Notes: a model not told the origin generated them from the sequence alone. Positions 53,537 through 63,444 are shown, counted from the first letter of the stretch. The stretch is 64,000 nucleotides of DNA from Clostridia bacterium (GCA_009928785.1 SABY01000001.1:23633-87632); one strand, 5' to 3'. Made by a program: numbers and translations.

Positions 53537-54745
53537 ATGAGTGGAAATCATTTGTCAAATCGTGTATTGTCGCTATCAGAATCGGCTACATTGGCGATGA
53601 CTCGCCGGGGGCGGGAGTTGAAAGAGGCTGGAAAAGATGTAATAAGTTTGAGTATCGGCGAGCCTGATTTTGACACGCCAATGTGCATCAAGGAGGCTGC
53701 CATTGAAGCTATTCAGAATAATATCACACATTATTCGCCGGTGGCTGGTTATAAAGAGTTGCGTGCAGCGATTGCCGCAAAATTCAAAAAAGATAACAAC
53801 ATCACCTACAAACCGGAGCAAATCATTGTTTCGGGCGGTGCCAAGCAATCTATTGCCAACGCCATTTTGTGTTTGGTAAATCCCGGTGATGAAGTGCTGA
53901 TACCGGCGCCTTACTGGGTTTCGTATCCTGAAATGGTGAAGATGGCCGATGGTGTGCCGGTGATTATCCCGTCCACGCTGGAAAATGATTTTAAAGTTAA
54001 CCCACAGGCGGTGCGCGAGAAGATAACCGACCGCACGCGCCTATTCTTGTATAGCTCTCCGTGCAATCCCTCAGGAACCATTTTTACGCGCGACGAGCTG
54101 CGTGCTTTGGCAGAAGTGCTGGCCGAAAAAAAAGACCTTTATATCATCAGCGATGAAATTTATGAAGAGATCAATTTCAGTGGCGCACACGAAAGCATGG
54201 CGCAGTTCGACTTTATAAAAGACCGTGTTATTACCATCAACGGGGTATCAAAAGGTTTTGCCATGACGGGGTGGCGTATTGGTTATGCCGGAGCGCCGCT
54301 TGATATCGCTCAGGCCATGAACACGCTGCAGGGGCAATATACTTCGGGACCTTCGTCGATATCGCAGATGGCTGCACTCATAGCCTTGAAAGAAGGTGCG
54401 TGCGCAATGGATGAGGTGTGTAAAATGAAAAAAGCATTTCGTGAGCGTCGCGATCTGGTGCTGGGTTTACTCAAAAAGATTCCCGGTGTGAAGACCAACG
54501 TGCCGGAGGGTGCTTTTTATGTATTTCCCGATGTGTCGTCTTACTACGGCAAAACCGATGGAACGCGCATTATTAATAACGGAATGGATTTGTGCATGTA
54601 TTTGCTCGACACGGTATATGTAGCGCTGGTTCCCGGCGAGGCTTTTGGCTGCGACGAGTGCATCCGTATTTCGTATGCTACTAAGACATCCGAAATCCAG
54701 CGCGCCTTTGAACGAATTGCTTCAGCGCTTGCTAAATTGCATTAG
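53537..54745 (+). CDS. Class I PLP-dependent (aspartate-type) aminotransferase
   Basis: SLSIGEPDFDTP block and PLP-lysine context NGVSKGFAMTGWRIGY. ATG verified at 53537. Confidence 0.85.
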   Translation: MSGNHLSNRVLSLSESATLAMTRRGRELKEAGKDVISLSIGEPDFDTPMCIKEAAIEAIQNNITHYSPVAGYKELRAAIAAKFKKDNNITYKPEQIIVSGGAKQSIANAILCLVNPGDEVLIPAPYWVSYPEMVKMADGVPVIIPSTLENDFKVNPQAVREKITDRTRLFLYSSPCNPSGTIFTRDELRALAEVLAEKKDLYIISDEIYEEINFSGAHESMAQFDFIKDRVITINGVSKGFAMTGWRIGYAGAPLDIAQAMNTLQGQYTSGPSSISQMAALIALKEGACAMDEVCKMKKAFRERRDLVLGLLKKIPGVKTNVPEGAFYVFPDVSSYYGKTDGTRIINNGMDLCMYLLDTVYVALVPGEAFGCDECIRISYATKTSEIQRAFERIASALAKLH

Positions 54746-54784
54746 GTCAGACAGATTTAAGATTTTTATGTTAATAAATATAGA

Positions 54785-54804
54785 GGGGCAGTTGCCCCTT
54801 TTTT
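54785..54804 (+). terminator. Rho-independent terminator after the aminotransferase gene
   Basis: GGGGCA-GT-TGCCCC followed by TTTTTTG. Confidence 0.6.
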
Positions 54805-54891
54805 GTGCTAAATAAAGAAAAAACATTGGGATTACCATTTTCTCGCTTCGATCGTTGTTTGCACTTCCGGGAGATGGAAAGGATGATCTAA

Positions 54892-55128
54892 TCAAAGTTT
54901 GTAGCTTAAATCATACAGTACTTCCGGGTCGAAATCGAGTTCGTTAGTCCACTGGATGCAATCAAAGGAAACCTTCACTGAATTAAAAAGCGACACCTCT
55001 TTTAATTCACTAAACAAGCCTGTGTTCAGGTAGGGTTTCATATCAAATGTTCTCACTTCTCCATTGCCAAAAGTCAGCTCAAGTAAATAGCCTGCTTTTG
55101 GAACGACTTTTATCACAGAAGGTTTCAT
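54892..55128 (-). CDS. DUF2442 domain protein
   Basis: 78 aa; the LLELTFGNGEVRTFDMKPYL...W.NELDFDPEVLY pattern is typical of DUF2442. Confidence 0.8.
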   Translation of the reverse strand: MKPSVIKVVPKAGYLLELTFGNGEVRTFDMKPYLNTGLFSELKEVSLFNSVKVSFDCIQWTNELDFDPEVLYDLSYKL

Positions 55129-55134
55129 AGAAGT

Positions 55135-55368
55135 TTATTTTAAAGGTTCAATGTTAAAAGGTTTTTCTCCGGCCTGGCACAGACTCCAGTTTGCAAGTAA
55201 ATCTTCTTTGTGGATTTCTGCCCATGCTTCAACAAGCCGAGCTATACTCCTCTCTCTTCAGGGGGATTTGCATTCTGGCTTACAGGTGCAACTGCTGAGA
55301 GTTGATCCTGCAATGGTGGCTTTCTCCTCCGGGGATAATTGTATGTTTGCACGCAAATTTTTAAACAT
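55135..55368 (-). pseudogene. Decayed DUF4160-like gene (in-frame TGA at 55258-55260; N-terminal half unrecognisable in any single frame)
   Basis: Minus-strand hand translation of 55138-55257 gives RERSIARLVEAWAEIHKEDLLANWSLCQAGEKPFNIEPLK, a DUF4160 C-terminal pattern. Its stop is 7 bp upstream of the DUF2442 ATG, the usual pair layout. Confidence 0.45.
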
Positions 55369-55370
55369 CA

Positions 55371-56393
55371 ATGATGAGTAGAAATGAGTTTTTAGAACTT
55401 TTCGATTCTTTTACCACCAAAACCATTATGATCATTGGCGACGTGATGATCGATTCGTATATTTTCGGGTCGGTCGATCGTATTTCGCCCGAAGCTCCGG
55501 TGCCGGTTGTGGCCGTCAGCAAGCGCTCGGTACATCTGGGTGGCGCAGCCAACGTAGCCCTTAATATCAAAGCCATGGGCGCACGTCCGGTGCTGTGTTC
55601 GGTAACGGGCCAGGATGACAAATCGCAGGAGTTTATGCACCTGATGCAGGAAAACGATCTTTTCACGGGAGCTATCCTGCGAAGCAGCAACAGAATTACC
55701 ACCACAAAATTCCGAATCATGGGCAACAATGTACAACTGCTGCGTGTGGATGAGGAGTGCACGGAGCCATTGTCGGAAAGCGACATGCAGACGTTTCTGC
55801 ATTTGGTGGAGGTGGCTATCAGCGAACAGCATGTGGATGCCATCATTTTTCAGGATTACGACAAAGGCGTTATTACTCCCGGCTTGATAGATAAAGTTGC
55901 TGCACTGGCTTCAAATCTTAGGATTCCGGTGGCTGCCGATCCCAAGCGTCGCAATTTTGATGCTTACAAAAATATTACACTTTTTAAACCCAACCTAAAA
56001 GAGCTAAATGAAGGACTTGGTATGGATGTGGCGCGCCACGACAACGTGGCGCTAAGGCTGGCAGCCCGCAAGATTCATCAGCAGCAGCAGGTCGATTTGG
56101 TGATGATAACGCTTTCGGAAGATGGCATCTTCGTCAGCCGCCGCAACGATGACGAAACCTTTACCGACCATCATTTGCCTGCCCACCGCCGTTCCATTGC
56201 CGATGTTTCAGGCGCCGGCGATACAGTGATTAGCATTGCCACGCTGGGGCTTGCAGCCGGCATGGCTGATAAAGACATTGCCGCATTGAGCAACCTGGCT
56301 GGCGGACAGGTGTGTGAGCACGTGGGCGTGGTGCCGGTGCGTAAAGAGAAACTGCTGCAAGAGTGGACGAAAATGAATGAAGCAACGTGGTAG
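55371..56393 (+). CDS. PfkB-family sugar kinase, D-glycero-beta-D-manno-heptose-7-phosphate kinase-like (RfaE domain I type)
   Basis: N-terminus IMIIGDVMIDSYIFGSVDRISPEAPVPVV (RfaE-I pattern) and C-terminal PfkB signature DVSGAGDTVIS. Confidence 0.8.
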   Translation: MMSRNEFLELFDSFTTKTIMIIGDVMIDSYIFGSVDRISPEAPVPVVAVSKRSVHLGGAANVALNIKAMGARPVLCSVTGQDDKSQEFMHLMQENDLFTGAILRSSNRITTTKFRIMGNNVQLLRVDEECTEPLSESDMQTFLHLVEVAISEQHVDAIIFQDYDKGVITPGLIDKVAALASNLRIPVAADPKRRNFDAYKNITLFKPNLKELNEGLGMDVARHDNVALRLAARKIHQQQQVDLVMITLSEDGIFVSRRNDDETFTDHHLPAHRRSIADVSGAGDTVISIATLGLAAGMADKDIAALSNLAGGQVCEHVGVVPVRKEKLLQEWTKMNEATW

Positions 56394-56394
56394 T

Positions 56395-57150
56395 ATGAAA
56401 AAAAACAACCCGACACACGCACAACCACCCTCCGACACAACGCCTGCCAAAGCCACTATTGCGCAGAAAGACCAGGTGCAGAAGATGTTTGATAATATTG
56501 CGCCAAGCTACGACCTGCTGAACCATCTGTTGTCGGCAGGCATCGACAAGCTATGGCGGCGGCGGGTGATAAATATAATACGGCACCGGCCGCACCAGCA
56601 TATACTCGATTTGGCCACCGGCACCGGCGATCTGGCCATTGCTGCTGCCGCGCTGCCCGATACACATATTACCGCTGTTGATCTCTCGGCCGAGATGCTT
56701 AAATTTCAACAGAAGAAGCTGGAGAAGAAAAACCTGCTGAAACGTATCACATTGCTTCAGGGCGATGGCGAGGCACTGCCGTTTGATGATAATACTTTTG
56801 ATGTGGTGATGATCGCCTTTGGCGTGCGCAACTTCGAAGACCTGCCCAAAGGACTGGCCGAGATGCACCGTGTGCTCAAAAGAGATGGATTGGTGGTGAT
56901 ATTGGAATTTTCTAAACCAAAGACTTTTCCGGTGAAGCAGCTCTATCAGTTTTATTTTACGCGCATCCTGCCCACTGTCGGGCGCTGGGTTTCCAAAGAC
57001 AAAAATGCCTACAGCTATCTGCCCAATTCGGTGGGCTATTTCCCGTCAGGCACCAGTTTTACGCAGTATCTCACGCAAGCAGGCTTTACCGAACCACGCA
57101 TTCGCCCCCTGACGCTGGGCATCGCTTCAATTTATTCAGCCCGAAAATAA
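56395..57150 (+). CDS. ubiE: Demethylmenaquinone/ubiquinone C-methyltransferase
   Basis: FDNIAPSYDLLNHLLSAGIDKLWRR block and SAM motif LDLATGTGD. ATG at 56395, 1 nt after the preceding stop. Confidence 0.9.
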   Translation: MKKNNPTHAQPPSDTTPAKATIAQKDQVQKMFDNIAPSYDLLNHLLSAGIDKLWRRRVINIIRHRPHQHILDLATGTGDLAIAAAALPDTHITAVDLSAEMLKFQQKKLEKKNLLKRITLLQGDGEALPFDDNTFDVVMIAFGVRNFEDLPKGLAEMHRVLKRDGLVVILEFSKPKTFPVKQLYQFYFTRILPTVGRWVSKDKNAYSYLPNSVGYFPSGTSFTQYLTQAGFTEPRIRPLTLGIASIYSARK

Positions 57151-57198
57151 AAGCACGCTACTCCCGTTTGAACACTAAATTTAAAAAAAACGCATCAT

Positions 57199-57984
57199 TT
57201 GAAGCATCATAAGGTTCTGCGGGTTTTACTAATTATTTTCGTTACCCTATTTTTTGGTGCCGGTGTGCAAGCGCAAGTCAACAAGATTCCAAACCTTAAA
57301 CTCTACGACTACGAGCAGTTGCATTTCGGATTCATCATTTCGGGCAATCAGATGGATTTTGTCGTTGATCCGGTTGACAATCTGCAACAGCTTTATTTTA
57401 AAGGTCGTGAACTGCCTGAATCGGATCTGGGCTATGGCAATGTAGATTCTGCGCAGGTGTATGGCATTTTGCCGCTTCCCAATGTGGGCTTTACGGTGGG
57501 AATTGTGGGAGATTTGCGTCTGGGCGAATATTTTAATCTTCGTTTTATCCCGTCGCTGGCTTTTGGGCGGCGCGACCTGAGTTACGATACCCGGCTTTTT
57601 CAGGACACCGATACCATACGTGTGGTGCTCATACAAAAAATACAATCAACATTTATTGAGTTTCCTTTTTTGCTCAAATACAAATCCAAGCGTATTAACA
57701 ACTTCAGAGCCTACGTTACCGGAGGCGTCAAGTTTAGTTTCGACCTGGCATCGCAGGCCAACAAAACCGAAGAAAACAACTACGAGCCTAAGCTATTCCG
57801 CACCGACACCTATGGCGTTTTGGGTGGCGGTGTCGAGTTTTATATGAACTGGTTTAAGCTGGGAGTAGAACTTACCATGTCGTATGGCGGACGCGATATG
57901 CTGCTTCGCGAAGGAAATCTTTATACCAATAGCATCGAGTCGCTACGCTCCAAAATGTTCATGTTTACCTTCACTTTTGAATAA
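57199..57984 (+). CDS. Outer-membrane beta-barrel protein, PorT/SprT-like
   Basis: Signal peptide ending GVQAQ, alternating beta-strand pattern and a terminal aromatic (FTFTFE). Its position next to ubiE matches the arrangement I recall for porT in other Bacteroidota. TTG start. The family call is tentative. Confidence 0.5.
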   Translation: MKHHKVLRVLLIIFVTLFFGAGVQAQVNKIPNLKLYDYEQLHFGFIISGNQMDFVVDPVDNLQQLYFKGRELPESDLGYGNVDSAQVYGILPLPNVGFTVGIVGDLRLGEYFNLRFIPSLAFGRRDLSYDTRLFQDTDTIRVVLIQKIQSTFIEFPFLLKYKSKRINNFRAYVTGGVKFSFDLASQANKTEENNYEPKLFRTDTYGVLGGGVEFYMNWFKLGVELTMSYGGRDMLLREGNLYTNSIESLRSKMFMFTFTFE

Positions 57985-58019
57985 TTGCTTTTATTTGTTG
58001 ATGTTTAAAAATTCAAAAC

Positions 58020-58742
58020 ATGGAACCTGACCAACTGACCTCGGATTTATTTCAAGCTATTATTGCCAAAAATACCCTCAAACAAAGTGTTTACAATAAC
58101 ACTTACCAAACGTTTGCGATTTTTAAAAGCATCATTAAGCAGTTGGCCAAAGAGTTTCAGGATTCGAAACTTTACAAAAGCAGCAACGTAACCTTTGAAT
58201 ACAAAAACAGAGGCGAGTTTGAGGTGGAGCTGAAATTTGCCGGCGACATCCTGATCTTTATGATGCACACCAACGTGTTTGAGTTCTCGCGCGACCATGA
58301 AGTGATGAAGCTGCCGTACATCAAAGAAGACTCCGATAGGAGCTATTGCGGCATTATCAACATCTATAATTTCCTGGGCGACTCGTTCAAATACAAGCGC
58401 ATCAACGATCTTGGCTATCTTATCGGGCGTGTTTTTATTAACAAAGACACCCATTATTTTATCGAAGGCAAGCGTGAGTTGGGGCAGTTGTATCGAAGTT
58501 TTGATAAAGCCCTGATGAGTGAAGAAGCTGCGCGCAACCTTATTACTTCGGCAGTGACCTACACACTCAATTTCGATTTGCTTACGCCTCCCTACGAGGA
58601 GGTGAAGCTCCTTACTGTTCAGCAGATTCAAACCACTCTCGACAATATGAAAATCCGTACCGGCAAGCGGTTGGGCTTTAAATTTCAGGCAGATCGAGAG
58701 GAAGAAGATGCGGAGAGCGATTCTATGCCGCCGGTATTATAA
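58020..58742 (+). CDS. Hypothetical protein (240 aa)
   Basis: Clean ORF with an ATG start and an acidic tail. No motif recognised. Confidence 0.55.
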   Translation: MEPDQLTSDLFQAIIAKNTLKQSVYNNTYQTFAIFKSIIKQLAKEFQDSKLYKSSNVTFEYKNRGEFEVELKFAGDILIFMMHTNVFEFSRDHEVMKLPYIKEDSDRSYCGIINIYNFLGDSFKYKRINDLGYLIGRVFINKDTHYFIEGKRELGQLYRSFDKALMSEEAARNLITSAVTYTLNFDLLTPPYEEVKLLTVQQIQTTLDNMKIRTGKRLGFKFQADREEEDAESDSMPPVL

Positions 58743-58805
58743 TTGCCAACTGTAGCTTTCCTCTAATAAGTCAACGATAATTAATTTTCAAATACTACGT
58801 CACTT

Positions 58806-60611
58806 CTAAATCAGCTCTCCGGTTGTTTGGTGCGGGTGATACATGCCGGCAATAATGGTGGCATATTGCATCTCTATGGCACGGCGCCGGGTTTTAAGTG
58901 TGCTGGTGAGAGTGTTGCTTTCGATGCTGAAAGGCTCGCTAAGCAGTGTAAATTCTCTTATCTTTTCGTAATTGGCCAATTCGCTTTGCAGCGTTTCAAT
59001 TCTTTGCAATACATGTGCACGTATTTTTTCATGCTGCAGCAGATTTTTGTGGTCGGAAAATTTTATCTCCCATTTTTGCGCAAGCGCCACCATGCGTTCC
59101 ATTACAGGTATGATGAGGGCGGTAATGTATTTGCGGTTGTCGCCAAATACCACTACCTGCTCAAACAAAGGCTCCTGATTCAGCAGCGTCTCTATCTTTT
59201 GTGGCGACACATATTTTCCGATCGAAGTCTTCATCAGGTCTTTCAGACGGTCGCGCATCACCAGGTTTCCATTGGCGGTAAAAGCCCCTTCGTCGCCGGT
59301 GTGATACCAGCCATCGGTAAGGGATTCGGCTGTAGCATCGGGTTTTTTGTAGTAACCTGAAAATACCGTGCGGCCACGAACCATTATTTCGTCTTCAGCG
59401 CCAAGTTTCACCTCTATTCCGGGCATGATGCTGCCACACGATTCAAACTCGTACCGGTCGGTTTTGAAGCAGGAAACGGAGGCTGTAGTTTCGGTGGCGC
59501 CGTAGCCGTAATTGATAAATACACCGGTGGCACTAAAAAACCTTAGCAGATGAATGGGCAGACTTGCGCCGGAGCAGGGCATAGAGCGCATGTTGCCGCC
59601 AAAAATTTGCCGCAGCTTTTTCAGAACCAGGCGGTCGGCAATTTTGTATTGAAGATTGATGATGAATGGCAGCGGTTTGTTATTTTTTTTATAGTCGATC
59701 CTCTGATTGCCTTTGGCTATCGCCCACCTAAAGATCGTGCGTTTTGTAGCCGACCAGCGGTGGTACTCATCCTGAATGCCGTCGTAGGTTTTTTCGAAAA
59801 AGCGCGGCACGGTACACATCAGCGTAGGCTGCGCCTTTGGCAGCGATTGAATAACTTCTTTTGGGTTTTGCAGATAAAAGTTAGTGCAGCCGTTGTAAAA
59901 GATCAGCAGTGTCCAGGTGCGCTCGAAGATGTGGCTGAGTGGCAGAAAGGTCATGGAAACATCTTTGTCGGTAAGGTCGAGGCGCTCGTCGTGAATCGAG
60001 AAAGAGTAAAGGAAATTGTCGTGCGAAAGCATCACACCTTTCGGCTCACCGGTGGTGCCCGAAGTGTAAATAATTGTAGCCAGGTCGGCCACAGTGGCCT
60101 GTTGCTGTTGTGCATCGAGAAGTGCCGGTGCGCACATCTTGCCGCTGGTGTATTTGCTATAACTGATACATCGCGGATCGGCGAGCGTAAGTGTATCGTT
60201 GTAAACGATTACTGTTTTTAAAGTTGCGGTATTGTCGAGCAGCCAAAGCGCTATGTCGAGTTGTTGTTGGTCGCCGGCAAAGAGCATTTGCATGCCCGTT
60301 TCGTCGATGATATATTTGCATTGCTCGCGCGAAGCAGTAGCAAAAAACGGAACCACCACGGCGCGAATATTCAGGATAGCCAGGTCGGTGATTGTCCATT
60401 CAGGACGATTTTGGCTAAAAATGCCGATATTGTCGCTTACGCTAAATCCTTGTTCGAGCAATACCTGTGAGAGTCGGGTAAATTCTTCCGTCATCTTGTT
60501 CCAGCTTTTGGATTCGATGGCGCCGGCTGTATTAAAATAGCGCATGGCGTCTCTGTTTTGGTATCGCGAGGCCTGTTGCCGGATCATGTCGGGAATACTT
60601 TTATACTCCAT
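58806..60611 (-). CDS. Long-chain fatty acid-CoA ligase (AMP-forming)
   Basis: AMP-binding motif IIYTSGTTGEPKGVML and later YGATETT and GWYHTGDEG blocks. Confidence 0.85.
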   Translation of the reverse strand: MEYKSIPDMIRQQASRYQNRDAMRYFNTAGAIESKSWNKMTEEFTRLSQVLLEQGFSVSDNIGIFSQNRPEWTITDLAILNIRAVVVPFFATASREQCKYIIDETGMQMLFAGDQQQLDIALWLLDNTATLKTVIVYNDTLTLADPRCISYSKYTSGKMCAPALLDAQQQQATVADLATIIYTSGTTGEPKGVMLSHDNFLYSFSIHDERLDLTDKDVSMTFLPLSHIFERTWTLLIFYNGCTNFYLQNPKEVIQSLPKAQPTLMCTVPRFFEKTYDGIQDEYHRWSATKRTIFRWAIAKGNQRIDYKKNNKPLPFIINLQYKIADRLVLKKLRQIFGGNMRSMPCSGASLPIHLLRFFSATGVFINYGYGATETTASVSCFKTDRYEFESCGSIMPGIEVKLGAEDEIMVRGRTVFSGYYKKPDATAESLTDGWYHTGDEGAFTANGNLVMRDRLKDLMKTSIGKYVSPQKIETLLNQEPLFEQVVVFGDNRKYITALIIPVMERMVALAQKWEIKFSDHKNLLQHEKIRAHVLQRIETLQSELANYEKIREFTLLSEPFSIESNTLTSTLKTRRRAIEMQYATIIAGMYHPHQTTGELI

Positions 60612-60732
60612 TTTGAAAATTTATTTGATGAATGAATAGGGCGCAAAGGGAAACAAAATTTATTACATACAGCTATTTAAATACGTAATTGCTCAAAGAT
60701 TTCTACGCCAGTTCGCCAACTGCGCCAGCGTG

Positions 60733-61284
60733 TTACGTTTTTTTGTAGCCATTAAATGAGTGAATATCGGCGAGTGATTTTCGTTTTTTAACAGGAGGTT
60801 CGGCACGTTCAGGATACCCTACGGCTATCAGCAAACCGATGGTTTTGTTTTTTGGAATAGCCAGCAGTTGTTTTATTTTTTTTTGATCGAACCAGCCGAG
60901 CATGCAGGTGCCCAGGCCTAGCTCGGTGGCCTGCAGGCAGAAATGTTCGGCAGCAATGCCGGTGTCGATCAGCGGGAAATCCCTTTTCTTGATCACGGCG
61001 CCAATCTGTGTGATTACTTTCGGTTTTTCTATCACCAGCGCCACGATAACCGGTGCCTGGTGTACAAATTTATTAAAAGCTACCAACGAGCTGAAGGTAG
61101 CCTTAGCCAACTGCTGCACCAGCACGGGTTCGTCGGCAATTACAAAATGCCACGGCTGCGAGTTGCTTGCCGAGGGAGCCAGGCGCGCCGCCTCAATGCA
61201 CTTCATCAGCTCCTCGCGTGCTACGAGTGCGGGTTTGAAGCGCCTCACGCTGTAGCGCTGTAATATCAGATCGTTGAATTTCAT
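60733..61284 (-). CDS. Nitroreductase family protein
   Basis: N-terminus RYSVRRFKP...APSASNSQPWHFV is typical of the nitroreductase fold. Confidence 0.85.
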   Translation of the reverse strand: MKFNDLILQRYSVRRFKPALVAREELMKCIEAARLAPSASNSQPWHFVIADEPVLVQQLAKATFSSLVAFNKFVHQAPVIVALVIEKPKVITQIGAVIKKRDFPLIDTGIAAEHFCLQATELGLGTCMLGWFDQKKIKQLLAIPKNKTIGLLIAVGYPERAEPPVKKRKSLADIHSFNGYKKT

Positions 61285-61295
61285 TAATAAATATT

Positions 61296-61991
61296 TTAAG
61301 CTTTTTCTGGTAAAAAAGAAATGTCGATATAATGTTTCTTTTTAGGACTTGCCGGGGCTATCCAGACGTTCATCAATCTGCCAGTGATATAGGATGTGGG
61401 GTCGAATGATATTTTATCGCTGGTGAAAGCGTAAATTTTAGAATCTGCCGGATTGAGCCAATCTGATATTATCACAAATTCGGTTTTGTTTTTCGAACTT
61501 CTCGATTCTACCCGCCCTGCCAGTTGAAGGAGTTTTCCGGAAGCTGGCAATTCTTTCCTAAGTTTGATTTTATTGAAGTAGTTGTAAACAGTACTGCCTC
61601 CCGCCAATAATATCACAATACCTGCCACCAGCAAAGCCATGGGCAAGCCCCATAAGCCCATCAAACTATCTTGCTTAGCCATTTGGGGATTTTCTTCAAT
61701 GTATCTTACCATTAGTTTGTCGCCCTTGGTATAGTCAAATGCGCTAGTTGTACCGGTTTCTGATAAGATAGTATAAGTATTGCCGTCCAGAGCTTGAAAT
61801 GATATCACAGGATGGTAATACGTATTGTTTTTACGTGTGCTGGATTCTACATCAACGATTGTGCCTTCCGTCTGAATGGAATTATTGAAAAATGCAACTT
61901 TATCCTTTAATAGATAGATGCCACCAACTAATAGAGCCATCCCTAAGATAAACAATACAACTCCTGTTAATGATTCTGATATTTTTTTCAT
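61296..61991 (-). CDS. DUF3592-like membrane protein
   Basis: TM helix, a beta domain (TEGTIVDVESS...YYHPVISFQ...GDKLMVRY), a second TM helix and a second beta domain. Confidence 0.6.
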   Translation of the reverse strand: MKKISESLTGVVLFILGMALLVGGIYLLKDKVAFFNNSIQTEGTIVDVESSTRKNNTYYHPVISFQALDGNTYTILSETGTTSAFDYTKGDKLMVRYIEENPQMAKQDSLMGLWGLPMALLVAGIVILLAGGSTVYNYFNKIKLRKELPASGKLLQLAGRVESRSSKNKTEFVIISDWLNPADSKIYAFTSDKISFDPTSYITGRLMNVWIAPASPKKKHYIDISFLPEKA

Positions 61992-62124
61992 TTTGCTAAT
62001 CCTAATTTAAATGTGATTGACTTATTTGAAAACTAAAAGATAAATCAATGCAGCCAATGGGCTATTGCTGAATTTAAAATCAAAAACACAGAAATATTTT
62101 ATTATGGAAATGATGAGGGCTTGA

Positions 62125-62697
62125 CTAGAAAGCCTTGGGCTTAAAATCTTTTGTATTGATGATAGAGGAGGAGTTGCCGGTAGCTCTAATGACGAAGAAA
62201 CCAATTTTTTCGGCCATCCGGTCGCTGGCACTATCGGCAGTGATGAATGCCACTCCTCCATAAATCTTTTTATCGGCATATTCGGGCATGTAGCGTTTTG
62301 CCTTCCAAACTTTTTTATGAAAATCTTCAACATCGTTAACCCGTAAGGTGGTTTTCACTTCAACAATTACAATTTCATGACTATTGATGGCGATGATATC
62401 GAATTCAAAATTTTCGCCATTGAAGTTTCCTTTTCTTCGCTGCAGCGTGCTTTCCACCCGGATGCCCCGTTGGTTTAGCAAATTCACCAAATCACCTTCT
62501 ACCAACGACTCGATGAGTTTTCCCCATTGCGAGGTGAACAGAGCTGACAACTCCTTGATTTTTTGATCTGTTTCTTTGAACTGTTTATCAGTCTCCTGGA
62601 ACTTTTTATCAGTTTCCTGAAAAAGCTGCCAGACCTGATTAAAATTGAGCGGCGGGCTGTAAGTTGCCAGCGGTTCGTTTACGCTATCGTTTTCCAT
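62125..62697 (-). CDS. PD-(D/E)XK nuclease-fold protein (DUF3782-like) with an N-terminal FQETDKxF repeat coiled coil
   Basis: Putative catalytic arrangement FEFDIIAI...IVIVEVK (D...E-x-K). N-terminal FQETDKKFQETDKQFKETDQKIKEL. Confidence 0.55.
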   Translation of the reverse strand: MENDSVNEPLATYSPPLNFNQVWQLFQETDKKFQETDKQFKETDQKIKELSALFTSQWGKLIESLVEGDLVNLLNQRGIRVESTLQRRKGNFNGENFEFDIIAINSHEIVIVEVKTTLRVNDVEDFHKKVWKAKRYMPEYADKKIYGGVAFITADSASDRMAEKIGFFVIRATGNSSSIINTKDFKPKAF

Positions 62698-62794
62698 TTT
62701 TGTAAAAGTGTTGATGGCTACAAAGATACAACAAACCGAATTTCTTATTGGTAAACTCTATCTGATAAACATAGAAATCTTAAAAAGATAGTTT

Positions 62795-62834
62795 AAAAAA
62801 AAATAACACCGCGAATAATAGCATTCGCGGTGTT
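62795..62834 (-). terminator. Terminator-like hairpin downstream of the OMP gene
   Basis: AACACCGCGAAT-AATAGC-ATTCGCGGTGTT, followed on the minus strand by T9. Confidence 0.5.
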
Positions 62835-62937
62835 ACTGATGCCGGAACAACCCAGCGCATGGGTGGGTTTTTTTTAGGGGTAGTTCTTTACAATTCTAAT
62901 TCAGTAAGCCGAACGGGGAGTCAGAAATTTGGGAAAA

Positions 62938-63444
62938 TTAAAGTTTAATTGATATGCCAAATTTGCCACCGGAAAAAGCATTACCACCACCAAATTCAAG
63001 GTTGAGGCCAACTTTGTCGGATAAATAGTACCTGCCACCAACCTGGGCACCTAATCCTATTCCTGAACTGTGATCTCCGTCGTAGTCGCCCGGAGATGAC
63101 CATACAAAAAATCCCAGATTTAGTCCTGCATAAAAATCCCAATTTTGTGGAATATTAAGCAAAGTGTTAAAGTGGTAATTTCCATTCCCCGAAAACCCCA
63201 TTACATTGTGATGGTAGTCATGGTTTTTCCAATCCTCATTGTAAGAACGATAAGAAAATTCACCGCCCAACGTAATGTCCTTATGAACACTATAATCTAA
63301 TCCAACATAAAACGGGACGCCCCAATTTGAAAAGCCAATTCCTAAATTAAGTTGAGCTTTACCAATGGGTAAAGGGCTTTGACCAAATGCAAAGCCGGAA
63401 AACATGAATAAAGCAATTGTTGTTAAAATGATCTTTGTTTTCAT
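62938..63444 (-). CDS. Small outer-membrane beta-barrel protein (OmpA-like 8-strand/porin family)
   Basis: Signal peptide ending FAFGQ, alternating G/Y-rich beta strands and a terminal F-x-I-x-I-K-L pattern. Confidence 0.7.
   Translation of the reverse strand: MKTKIILTTIALFMFSGFAFGQSPLPIGKAQLNLGIGFSNWGVPFYVGLDYSVHKDITLGGEFSYRSYNEDWKNHDYHHNVMGFSGNGNYHFNTLLNIPQNWDFYAGLNLGFFVWSSPGDYDGDHSSGIGLGAQVGGRYYLSDKVGLNLEFGGGNAFSGGKFGISIKL

Noticed and set aside
62841-62875. Plus-strand hairpin plus T8 (ACCCA-GCGCA-TGGGT ... TTTTTTTT) as evidence for an sRNA between the nuclease and OMP genes
   Set aside because: The stem is only 5 bp and no promoter-like box is recognised upstream. It is probably part of a bidirectional terminator region with the stronger hairpin at 62805-62834.
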